This document shows positions 30,782 through 40,500 of a DNA stretch of 64,000 nucleotides, in pieces (positions within the stretch are counted from its first letter, which is position 1; each line of letters begins with the position of its first letter). The stretch covers positions 8,039 to 72,038 of the forward strand of contig JBPOHQ010000006.1 in assembly GCA_052035405.1 (NCBI GenBank), in the 5' to 3' direction. The position numbers and the translations under genes were made by a program. Source of the DNA: Candidatus Nomurabacteria bacterium. GTDB lineage: Bacteria > Patescibacteriota > Minisyncoccia > Phycocordibacterales > UBA9973. The notes beneath the pieces were generated by a model, which saw only the letters and a program-made list of their open reading frames with translations, did no database searches and had not been told where the DNA came from.

Positions 30782-32689
30782 TTACTGAGTCTTAAGAGTT
30801 TGAAATTTTACTTTCTCTTCTTTGCCAGGAATTATTTTATCTGGTTGAAATACTTTATTTAGTTTTACAATATTTTTCTTTGTAGTTATAGAGCCATCAC
30901 GATGGAGCTTGAGTTCAAGAAGCATGCCTTGCATGGTGGCTTCGGAGAATTTCTGATCAAAGATAAAGTTACCCAGTGAGTAGGCGATAAAACTATTTTT
31001 ATATACTTCAGTATCTTCTATTACATGTGGATGGTGTCCAATGACGATTTTCGCTCCTGCGTCTACTGCTTTATGAGCCAAATATTCTTGTCTCTTGTTG
31101 TGAGTAGTTTTATATTCATCTCCGAAGTGGAATGACACAACGAGGTAGTCTACCTGTTTTGCGGCGTTAGCGACTATCTCATCAAAGCGGGGATTGCTTG
31201 CAAGGAGGAGCCCTGAGTTGGCCTCAGTTACTTTCATCCAATTTGGTCCGACATCAGAGAATCCTAGGTATCCTATTTTCATACCATACTTTTCAATAAC
31301 TTTTGGACTCTCTGCTTCTTCGAGTGTCCCGCCTCCAGTATAGAGGATTTCATTTTCTGTAAGTCTTGCGAGTGTGTCAGTGTATGCAGTTCGTCCCCAA
31401 TCTCCGACGTGGTTGTTTGCAACAGAGACAATATCAATCCCTGCACCCTTGAGTGCTGGGATGACTGATGGATCCATGCGGAAAGAGTAAATACTTCCTC
31501 CATCGCTTCCTTTGTCTGAGGCTGTACCTTCAAGGTTTGCGAAAACGATATCTGATTTTTTTAGTAGTGCTAATTTCTCAAAGAGTGCTGAGTAGTCACC
31601 ATTAAAGTTTTTATTTACAGAATTTCTCACTCCGCGATCAAGCATGATATCTCCACCAAAAGCGAGAGTTACGTATTCTGGTTCTCGTAAATCTGGTAAG
31701 TCGAGTCTTTCTTTTATCCAGTCTGCACTTGCATCTGCTTGCCCTCCATAATACACATTCTTTTTTAAATAGTTCAAAATACTGAGCACATCTTTTTTTC
31801 TGTCGTTACTGCGAAGAAGCACGATACCGATAGGTCTGGTGCTTTCTTTGCCGAGCGGTAAAGCAAAGGTAGATATCACTGTTTGTTTTGCAGGGTCTGT
31901 AAAGCCACTCTTACCGCCAATATATCCGTCTTCTCGTAAGAATTGATTTGTACTAAACCACGTATGTTTCTTGTTTGTATAACTCCTGTTGGTCGTTATT
32001 GCGAGGACATTTTCTCGCTGTTGTTTTAAGTATCCGGTGAGTTTGAATAAATCAGAGACTGTTGATTGATTTTTCTCTGAGAGCCCACTCGGATCGCTGT
32101 ACGAAGTAGAAGACATTTTAAGCTTCTCTGCTTGGAGATTCATCTTGCTTAAAAAAGTATCTCGCCCGAAGTGTTCTGCGATTATCTCCGCTGCATCGTT
32201 ACTTGATTCGAGCAGGAGAGGGTAGATGAGGTCAGGGATTTTTATTTTTTCTCCCACTTTGAAATTACCGTTTTCTCCATATGTCGCTAACGCTTTTTTA
32301 CTTACTTTTGCCACCTGTTCATCTGTGTTTGTGGTGAGTTCGTTTGCGACAAGTGCAGTCATGAGTTTAGAAACAGAAGCGATAGGGTATTTCTTTTCAG
32401 GATTTTTTGCGAGGATGATTTCACCAGTGTTCAAGTCTCCGACAATGTAGGCTTCTGCTCCTATTTTTGGTTTTACATTTTCTTCTTTTACAAAATAAAA
32501 ATAGGTAGGCTTACCGCTACCATCTTGCGAGCTTGGATTTATCGCTAAAGCCATGTTTTCAATCTTTGGTTCATCTATCCTTGTGTAAGAAGCATGATTA
32601 AAGGCAAGAGAAGTCAAAAATATTCCCGTACCAATAGCAAGTAGGGTAAAGAATCCAAGTCTTAATTTTTCTTTTGTTTCTGAATTCAT
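30782..32689 (-). CDS. D-Ala-D-Ala carboxypeptidase (S11) fused to a CapA/PGA_cap metallophosphatase
   Basis: N-terminal TM; SVSK, SSN, KSG motifs; then GDIMLDR, ANLEG, ANNH, GHHPH, YSLGNF. Confidence 0.85.
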   Translation of the reverse strand: MNSETKEKLRLGFFTLLAIGTGIFLTSLAFNHASYTRIDEPKIENMALAINPSSQDGSGKPTYFYFVKEENVKPKIGAEAYIVGDLNTGEIILAKNPEKKYPIASVSKLMTALVANELTTNTDEQVAKVSKKALATYGENGNFKVGEKIKIPDLIYPLLLESSNDAAEIIAEHFGRDTFLSKMNLQAEKLKMSSTSYSDPSGLSEKNQSTVSDLFKLTGYLKQQRENVLAITTNRSYTNKKHTWFSTNQFLREDGYIGGKSGFTDPAKQTVISTFALPLGKESTRPIGIVLLRSNDRKKDVLSILNYLKKNVYYGGQADASADWIKERLDLPDLREPEYVTLAFGGDIMLDRGVRNSVNKNFNGDYSALFEKLALLKKSDIVFANLEGTASDKGSDGGSIYSFRMDPSVIPALKGAGIDIVSVANNHVGDWGRTAYTDTLARLTENEILYTGGGTLEEAESPKVIEKYGMKIGYLGFSDVGPNWMKVTEANSGLLLASNPRFDEIVANAAKQVDYLVVSFHFGDEYKTTHNKRQEYLAHKAVDAGAKIVIGHHPHVIEDTEVYKNSFIAYSLGNFIFDQKFSEATMQGMLLELKLHRDGSITTKKNIVKLNKVFQPDKIIPGKEEKVKFQTLKTQ

Positions 32690-32690
32690 T

Positions 32691-34685
32691 TTATATTAAT
32701 ACGTAGTCTATGGTTTTCTTTTCTAGATCCACAGACTTTACTTTCATCTTAACATGATTACCAAGACGGTATCGGGTTTTGTGTTTTTGTCCAACCATTT
32801 CCATTTTCTTTTCATCAAATACATAGAAATCATCTTTCATGTCACGTACTCGAACGAGCCCTTCGCACTTGGTTTCTACTTCTTCTACGTACACGCCCCA
32901 TTCGCTGATGCCGCTAATGATACCTTTGAAGTTCTCACCAATACGGGTAGACATGTATTCAACTTGTTTGTATTTGATAGATGAGCGTTCAGCATCACTT
33001 GCTTTCTTTTCTTGTTCAGAAGATACTCGAGACATCTTATCAAATTCTTTGTACATTTCTTTTTTGATTTTCTTATCACTCAAATAACTCATGAGTAGTC
33101 TATGTACCATCATGTCGGGGTATCGTCTGATAGGGGAAGTGAAGTGTGTGTAGTATTCAAATGCAAGTCCATAGTGTCCAATGTTTTCTGTTGAATATAT
33201 AGCCTTCGCCATAGACCGTATTACTGCTCTGTGGATAGTGTCTTTCTCATCTTTATTCTTTAAATTATTTAAAAGTTTGTTTATTTCAAAAGAAGGAATG
33301 AGGCCGTTTTTAAGAGCTACCTTATATCCGAGGCTCTTTAAAAAGAACACCAAATCCTCGGTCTTTTCTTTGCTTGGCAAATCGTGTACTCGATACACAA
33401 AGATTCCTTCTTTCTCCTTTTTTATTTTCTTTGAGACAAATTCTGCAACTTTTTTATTTGCGAGCAGCATAAACTCTTCGATGAGTCTATTTGAATCAGT
33501 TCGTTCTTTTTTGATAACTTTTATTGGTTTACCAGTTTCATCCAGAATAAATTTTACTTCTTCTTGATCGAGAGAGACCGAGCCGTGTTCAAACCTGTCT
33601 TTTGTTAATTTTTTTGCGATGGTGTTTAGTGTAGAAAGTTCTTTGTGGTAGAGAAGATTTGGTTTTTGAATAGATTCAAATGCTTCTTCGTAGGTAAATC
33701 TTTTGTCTGAGTGTATGACAGTGCGTCCGTACCACTCACTTTTTATTTCTGCATTTTTATTCATGACAAATACCGCACTCATCGTGAGTCGATCAACGTC
33801 TGGAAGCAGGGAACACAGGTCATTTGAAAGCTCTTCTGGAAGCATAGGTATGGTTCGGTCTACGAGGTATACCGACGTCGCTCTTTCACGAGCTTCTTTG
33901 TCTATTGCACCTCCTTCTTTTACGTAATGAGTAACATCAGCAATATGAATACCTATTTCAAATTCATCCGGACCTAATTCTTTAAATGACAATGCATCGT
34001 CAAAATCTTTCGCAGTATCAGGATCTATAGTGAAAGTAAGTGTTCCTCTGAAATCTCTTCTATTTTTAAAATCTTCAGGTTTTACTCCAGCTATTTTTAT
34101 ATTTCTTGCTTCGAGTTCGACGTGATCAGGCAGTACACTATCAAAACCTTTCTCAATTGCGATAGAATGCATCTCCGTTTCGTTGTCTCCTGGACGTCCG
34201 AGGATTTTGATAACTTTTCCTATTGGAGCTTTCTTGTGGTCTTTCCAAGAAGTCAGTTCTACAAAAACTTTCTGATTTACCACTGCACCAGCGAGTTCGC
34301 TTTCTGGAATTAAAATATCAGTATACATTTTTGTATCATCTGGTTTTAAGAAGTAGAGGGTGTCTTCTTTTTCAAGAACTCCAACGAAAGCTTTCTTTGC
34401 TCTGGTTAGTATCTCAGTAACCTCTGCTGTCTGTCGCCCATGACCTTTAGGGTGGAGGAGTACTTTAACCGTGTCGCCATTGAGTGCTGTGTTTAAGTGT
34501 CTGTAGTCAATTTCCGCATCCTCTGTTTGTCCTGGGACTTCGATATAGCCAGTAGCTTTAGAAGATACAGAGATGATACCTTCCATACTCCTTGATTGTA
34601 TAGGTTTTTTCTGGATAGATCGTGGAAAGGCCTTAAAATTTGATTTTTGAGATCTTTTTTTATTCTTGTTTTTATCTTGTTTCAT
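32691..34685 (-). CDS. rnr: Ribonuclease R
   Basis: Cold-shock domains, TIDPDTAKDFDDA, HFTSPIRRYPD, C-terminal S1; ATG at 34685 lies 6 nt from a -10 box. Confidence 0.94.
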   Translation of the reverse strand: MKQDKNKNKKRSQKSNFKAFPRSIQKKPIQSRSMEGIISVSSKATGYIEVPGQTEDAEIDYRHLNTALNGDTVKVLLHPKGHGRQTAEVTEILTRAKKAFVGVLEKEDTLYFLKPDDTKMYTDILIPESELAGAVVNQKVFVELTSWKDHKKAPIGKVIKILGRPGDNETEMHSIAIEKGFDSVLPDHVELEARNIKIAGVKPEDFKNRRDFRGTLTFTIDPDTAKDFDDALSFKELGPDEFEIGIHIADVTHYVKEGGAIDKEARERATSVYLVDRTIPMLPEELSNDLCSLLPDVDRLTMSAVFVMNKNAEIKSEWYGRTVIHSDKRFTYEEAFESIQKPNLLYHKELSTLNTIAKKLTKDRFEHGSVSLDQEEVKFILDETGKPIKVIKKERTDSNRLIEEFMLLANKKVAEFVSKKIKKEKEGIFVYRVHDLPSKEKTEDLVFFLKSLGYKVALKNGLIPSFEINKLLNNLKNKDEKDTIHRAVIRSMAKAIYSTENIGHYGLAFEYYTHFTSPIRRYPDMMVHRLLMSYLSDKKIKKEMYKEFDKMSRVSSEQEKKASDAERSSIKYKQVEYMSTRIGENFKGIISGISEWGVYVEEVETKCEGLVRVRDMKDDFYVFDEKKMEMVGQKHKTRYRLGNHVKMKVKSVDLEKKTIDYVLI

Positions 34686-34741
34686 CCTTTTAATATAGCA
34701 TGTTAGCCCTTTTTTTATAAGGATTTCAGTATACCATGAGC

Positions 34742-34770
34742 TTGACAAAATGTCTATAATATGCTAGACT
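34742..34770 (+). promoter_or_regulatory. Near-consensus sigma70 promoter of the repeat-protein gene
   Basis: TTGACA-17 bp-TAGACT with the TG extension. Confidence 0.7.
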
Positions 34771-34823
34771 GTAGAGGTAATAAGGTGTCTCGGAGTTTTT
34801 AATTAATTCAAAAAATAAACATT

Positions 34824-35888
34824 ATGATGAACCAAACAAACAACAAAATATCTAGTAAAATGTTGAAACTGAAGGCTCTTTTCATGGTGCTCATCATGAT
34901 TCTCGGTTTTTCTTTTCCTGGTGGATCTGCACAAGCATGTGATTGTGCATTTACTTTTGCTGGGGGTAGTTATTGGCTTAATGGTCAATACTTTGCTAAC
35001 GGCGATTATCCTACGGATGTCTCTTTTGTGACTCTCGCTGACTACTTAACAGCTGGGGGTTATTTTACTCCTGCAGATTATGCTGCTTTAGCTTCGTACC
35101 TGACACCAGCTGACTATGCTACTCTTGCATCATACTTAACTCCTGCAGACTATGCAGTACTCGCTGATTATATGACTCCAGCTGATTATGTAGCTGTTGC
35201 AGATTACTTAACTCCAGCGGACTACCAAACTCTTGCATCATACTTAACTCCTGCAGATTATGAAGTACTCGCTTCATACCTTACTCCTGCGGACTATCTC
35301 GTACTTGCAGATTACCTAACACCAGCGGATTATCTTACTTTAGCTGACTATCTGACTCCTGCAGATTACTTAGTATTAGCTGACTACCTTACTCCAGCAG
35401 ATTACCAAGTACTTGCTTCATACCTCACTCCAGCTGATTATCAAGTGCTCGGTGATTATTTAACACCTGCTGACTATCAAGTATTAGCTGACTACCTAAC
35501 ACCAGCGGATTATCTTACTTTAGCTGACTATCTGACTCCTGCAGATTACTTAGTATTAGCTGACTACCTTACTCCAGCTGATTACCAAGTGTTGGGAGAC
35601 TATATGACATTAGCGGATTACCAAGCTGTTGCAGATTATTTAACACCAGCTGACTATGCAGTACTCGCTGATTACTTTACTATCGCTGATTATGCAACTT
35701 CTGCAGATTATGCTGCTAGTGGTGATTACGCTACCCAAGCTGCATACGTGGCAGTTCCACAATACGCTACAGAGTCTTCATATGTAACTCCTATGGAATA
35801 CAGAACAGAGTCTTCATATGTTGCAAATCCACAATACGCTACCCAGGCTGCATATGCGACAAATAGTGGGTACGCGATGGTTCCTTAA
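34824..35888 (+). CDS. Secreted Tyr-hexad (YLTPAD/YxxLAD) tandem-repeat protein of unknown family
   Basis: Signal peptide ending AQA/CDC; aromatic residue every 6 aa from 50 to 350; codons diversified between repeats. Confidence 0.85.
   Translation: MMNQTNNKISSKMLKLKALFMVLIMILGFSFPGGSAQACDCAFTFAGGSYWLNGQYFANGDYPTDVSFVTLADYLTAGGYFTPADYAALASYLTPADYATLASYLTPADYAVLADYMTPADYVAVADYLTPADYQTLASYLTPADYEVLASYLTPADYLVLADYLTPADYLTLADYLTPADYLVLADYLTPADYQVLASYLTPADYQVLGDYLTPADYQVLADYLTPADYLTLADYLTPADYLVLADYLTPADYQVLGDYMTLADYQAVADYLTPADYAVLADYFTIADYATSADYAASGDYATQAAYVAVPQYATESSYVTPMEYRTESSYVANPQYATQAAYATNSGYAMVP
35060..35690 (+). repeat. Coding 36-bp (18-bp sub-period) tandem repeat, including an exact 86-bp duplication
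   Basis: About 17 units encoding YLTPADYxxLA[DS]; 35313-35398 is identical to 35493-35578. Confidence 0.9.
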
Positions 35889-35930
35889 GAGACAGATTGC
35901 CTTTTTTGGAAATTGTGCTAAACTCTCATT

Positions 35931-36239
35931 ATGTTGAAAATAAGATTACAAAGAATAGGAAGAAAGAACGATCCGAGCTTCAGAGCTGTTTTGACTGATT
36001 CAAAAAATGCTGCAAAGAGTGGTAAATTTTTGGAAATAGTTGGAACATACAATCCAAAGGCAGGTGAGACCACTTTCGATGCTGACAGAATAAAACATTG
36101 GATATCTAAAGGTGCAAAACTTTCAGATACAATGCACAACTTCTTAGTATCAAAAAAGATTATTTCTGGAAAGAAAGTAAACGTACTTTCAAAGAAAAAA
36201 CCAACTCTTAAAAGAAAAGAGTTGAAGAAGACTAAATAG
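35931..36239 (+). CDS. rpsP: 30S ribosomal protein S16
   Basis: MLKIRLQRIGRK, GTYNP, WISKGA. Confidence 0.96.
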   Translation: MLKIRLQRIGRKNDPSFRAVLTDSKNAAKSGKFLEIVGTYNPKAGETTFDADRIKHWISKGAKLSDTMHNFLVSKKIISGKKVNVLSKKKPTLKRKELKKTK

Positions 36240-36322
36240 TTTTATATAATTAAGAAAGCAGTGCAATAACTTTTTGGTCGTACGCTGCTACCTGATTAAA
36301 AATATTAATCCGAATTGAAATT

Positions 36323-36649
36323 ATGGATACTGACAAAGAATTTCTAGAGTATGTTGTAAAGGCTCTTGTTGATAATCCGAACGATGTAAAAATCGATCGA
36401 ACTGTCGACGAAATGGGTGTACTTATCAGTCTTACGGTTAACCCTGCAGATATGGGTAAAATCATCGGACGAATGGGTAACACAGCAAAGGCTATCCGAA
36501 CATTGCTCCGAATAATCGGTATGAAGAATAATGCTCGCGTTAATCTAAAGATTAACGAACCAGCAGGCTCTGAAAGACCAGCACCAGCTCACTCATCAAA
36601 CACGATGAAGACTGTTGATCAAGCAATGGAAGACCTGAAAGGAATATAG
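36323..36649 (+). CDS. khpA: KH-domain RNA-binding protein KhpA
   Basis: LVDNP, DMGKIIGRMGNTAKAIRTL; rpsP-khpA-trmD synteny. Confidence 0.9.
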   Translation: MDTDKEFLEYVVKALVDNPNDVKIDRTVDEMGVLISLTVNPADMGKIIGRMGNTAKAIRTLLRIIGMKNNARVNLKINEPAGSERPAPAHSSNTMKTVDQAMEDLKGI

Positions 36650-36656
36650 ACTTTTT

Positions 36657-36689
36657 AAAAAGAACCTCGACGAAAGTTGGGGTTCTTTT
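36657..36689 (+). terminator. Intrinsic terminator after khpA
   Basis: AAAAGAACCTCGAC-GAAA-GTTGGGGTTCTTTT. Confidence 0.75.
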
Positions 36690-36710
36690 GTTTTGTGTTA
36701 TATTGAAGAT

Positions 36711-37376
36711 ATGCGTTTTCATATTATCACCATTTTCCCAGACATCTTTAGCTCTTACTTAGGAGAGTCTATTTTAGGGCGAGCGATAGAAAATAAAAAG
36801 ATTCAAATAAGATTTTATAATCCAAGAGATTTCTTGCCCAAGAAGGAGAATAACTACAAACCAGTAGACGAACGACCTTATGGTGGAGGTCCTGGTATGG
36901 TGATGAAAGCAGAGCCTATTTTGAAAGCGGTAGAAAAAGCCGTTTCAAAAATTAAAGATAAGAAAAAGATTTTGGTAATAAATTTTATTCCAAGTGCAGA
37001 GAAATTTACAACAGAGTTCGCAAAAAAAGTTTCAAAAAAATACGAAGATATTGTTTTAATTTGTGGACGGTATGAGGGCATAGATGCTCGTGTAGATAAG
37101 ATTTTAAAAACTAAAAAAATTTCGATAGGGGACTATGTACTCACAGGCGGGGAGCTTCCTGCGATGATAGTCGTGGATTGTGTTGCTCGGCAAATCCCAG
37201 GAGTACTCGGAAAATTTGAGTCTCTTGAAGAAGAGAGGATTTCTAGTAGCGAAGTCTATACCAGGCCTGAAATCCTAGAATATAAAGGTAAAAAGCATAA
37301 AGTACCTAAAGTCCTGCTCTCTGGAGATCATAAAAAAATAGAAGAGTGGAAGAAGTTAGGTGCTCAAAAAAAGTAG
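36711..37376 (+). CDS. trmD: tRNA (guanine37-N1)-methyltransferase
   Basis: ITIFPD, RPYGGGPGMVM, CGRYEGIDAR, SIGDYVLTGGE, YTRP. Confidence 0.96.
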   Translation: MRFHIITIFPDIFSSYLGESILGRAIENKKIQIRFYNPRDFLPKKENNYKPVDERPYGGGPGMVMKAEPILKAVEKAVSKIKDKKKILVINFIPSAEKFTTEFAKKVSKKYEDIVLICGRYEGIDARVDKILKTKKISIGDYVLTGGELPAMIVVDCVARQIPGVLGKFESLEEERISSSEVYTRPEILEYKGKKHKVPKVLLSGDHKKIEEWKKLGAQKK

Positions 37377-37392
37377 TATTCACAAGTATTAT

Positions 37393-37420
37393 TTGACAAA
37401 CTTCTAAAAATAAGTATACT
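37393..37420 (+). promoter_or_regulatory. rpoB promoter
   Basis: TTGACA-16-TATACT. Confidence 0.65.
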
Positions 37421-37586
37421 ATCTTTGATTGTATAGATTGTGTCTCGGATGTACTCCAATCGTGTTTGATTAATAAGGTTTTATTAACTTAATTATTAGT
37501 ATCCGAAATATATATTATAAAAGCTAAAGAAAGCATAATGCTTTTTTCTTTGCGTTTTATGTACTTATTTCGATTTTTATAAACAC

Positions 37587-40500
37587 ATGCAAACAGACAT
37601 CCATCGTCCGAAGAAGTATTTTGGGAGATACAAAAAACCTCTCATAGAGTTTCCTAACTTAATCGAATCTCAGGTTAAGTCATTCAAGTGGTTGATAGAG
37701 ACTGGTGTCGGAGAAGTATTCAAAGAATTTTCTCCTATCTCTGATTATTCAGGGAAAAAATTCCAGTTAGAGTTTACTTCATTCTCTCTTTCTGAATCAA
37801 AAACAGATGAGACAGAATCAAAGGTAAATAAACTTTCTTATCAAGGTCACTTGAAGGCGAGAGTTAAACTAACAAATAAAATTTTAGGTACCGTGAAAGA
37901 GCAAGAGATCTTTATGTCTGAGATCCCATTAATGACTGCTCATGGAACCTTTATTATAAATGGTGTAGAGCGTGTCATAGTTCCTCAGCTAGCACGTTCT
38001 TTTGGTGTTTTCTTTACAGAGTCTGAAAGTAAAGGAAGGAAATACTTTGGTGCAAAGATCATCCCAGCACGAGGTGTTTGGATTGAGATAGAAGCTGAAG
38101 CGGATGGAGCTATCTATGTACGTATTGATAAGAAGCGAAAATTCCCAGTCACTGCACTCCTTCGCGTAATGGGATTCAACGATAGTGAGACTATCCTCAA
38201 AGAGTTCGGACAAAACGAAGTCGCTGATGCGACCATAAAAGCATGTCTTGCAAAAGATACTGCAAAATCTGTAAATGATTCTTATATTGAGATATATAAG
38301 CGTCTCCGTGATGGTGATATGGCTACTCCAGAAAACGCGAAAGAGTTTATTGACTCATTGTTTACTACAGAGCGATATGACCTTTCTCCAGTAGGACGAT
38401 ACCGATTCAATAAGCGTTTTGAAAAGTCTATGGATGAAAAAGAACTTCTCCGAAGAACCATTTCAAAAGAAGATTTACTTTCTATTGTTTTACACATTAT
38501 TTCATTAAACAACGATCCAGCTGCAAAATCAGATGATATCGATCACTTAGGTCAAAGACGAGTACGTTTCGTTGGAGAAATGCTTCAACAAAAAATCCGT
38601 ACTGGTATGATGCAAATTAAGAGAAACATTCAAGACAGAATGTCTATTGTTGATGTTGATACAGCTATTCCAATACAAATCATAAACCAGAGACCTCTTC
38701 AGGCTCGTATTAAAGAATTCTTTACTACAAACCAGTTGTCTCAATTCATGGCTCAAGAAAACGTCCTATACGAGATGGAGCACTTACGTACGCTTTCAGC
38801 ACTTGGACCCGGAGGTCTCACTCGTGAGCGAGCAGGTCTTGAAGTTCGTGACGTGCATCCTTCTCACTATGGCCGTGTATGTCCTATCCACACACCAGAA
38901 GGTCCAAACATTGGTCTTATTTTGCACTTGGCTACTTATGCAAAGATTAACGATTTCGGAATCATTGAAACTCCGTACATAAAAGTAAATAAAGGAAAAA
39001 TCACAGGAGAAGTGGTGTATTTAAATGCACTTGAAGAAGAAAAATACAACATTGCTCATGCTGGTATTCCATACGATGAAGAAGGAAAAATAACTGCTAA
39101 AAAAGTTGCTGCACGCGTAAAGACAGAACCTGGAGAGATAGACAAAGACGAAGTGGATTTTATTGATGTCGCAACGAACCAAGCTTTCTCTCTTGCTACT
39201 TCTATGATTCCATTCTTAGAACATGATGACGCAAATCGTGCTCTCATGGGAAGTAATATGCAGAAGCAAGCTGTTCCTTGCGTTCTACCAGAAGCTCCAC
39301 TTGTAGGAACTGGTGTTGAAGAACTAGCTTCACGTGATTCAGGAAGACTTGTTATCTCAGAAGAAGAAGGAACTGTGTCATATGTAGATGGAAGAAAAGT
39401 TGTCATCAAAGGAAAGAAAGAAACAACATATCCTCTCGTAAACTTCTTGCGTAATAACAACTTTGCTGCCTTTCATCAGCGTCCTATTGTAAACGTTGGA
39501 GATAAAGTAAAGAAGGGAGAAGTGCTTGCTGATACTTCAAGTAGTGTTGGTGGACAGATCTCAATCGGTCAAAATATTTTCGTAGCATTCTTGTCATGGT
39601 CTGGTTCAAACTACGAAGATGCTATCATCGTATCTCAAAGACTAGTAAAGCAAAGTAAATTTACATCTCTCTATATAGAAGAATTCGTATGTGTCGTTCG
39701 TGATACAAAACTTGGACCCGAGATCACTACTCGCGATATTCCAAATGTTGGAGAATTAAAACTCAAAGATCTTGATGAAGACGGTATTATCCGTATTGGT
39801 GCGGAAGTAAGAGAAAACGATATTTTGGTTGGTAAAATTACACCAAAAGGTGAGACAGAACTTACTCCAGAAGAAAGACTTCTTAGGTCTATCTTTGCTG
39901 AAAAGGCTCGTGACGTAAAAGATACATCACTTCGCATGGAACACGGAAAGCGTGGACGTATTACTGGAGTAAAAATATTCTCTCGTGATATGGGTCATAC
40001 ACTTGAAGCGGGGATTATAAAGAAAATAGTTATTGAGGTTGCTCAAATTAGAAATATTTCAGTTGGAGATAAACTCTCAGGACGTCACGGAAACAAAGGT
40101 GTCATCTCAACTATTCTTCCAGAAGAAGATATGCCATACATGGCAGATGGTACTCCAGTAGATATCATCCTTTCGCCACTTGGTGTTCCTTCTCGTATGA
40201 ACTTGGGACAGATTTTGGAAATGCATCTTGGGCTTGCTGCAAATACTCTTGGTTACCAAGCTATCGTGCCTCCATTCTTAGGAGCGAAGCATGAAGAAAT
40301 AAGTGGAGAATTAGTGAAAGCAGGATTCCCAGAAAATGGTCGCGTGAAACTCTTTGATGGACGAACAGGAGAAGCTTTCGGTCAAGATGTTGCCGTTGGG
40401 TATATGTATATGTTGAAACTTCACCACATGGTAGAAGACAAAATTCACATGCGTTCAATTGGTCCGTACTCACTTATCACTCAGCAACCACTCGGAGGTA

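Noticed and set aside
35060-35690. 36-bp periodic repeat as a possible CRISPR array
   Set aside because: There are no unique spacers, variation is concentrated at codon third positions in an open frame, and no cas genes are present
10797-35888. Biomineralisation system linking the carbonic anhydrase and the acidic repeat protein
   Set aside because: The genes are 23 kb apart, the enzyme has no signal peptide, and nothing in the sequence links them
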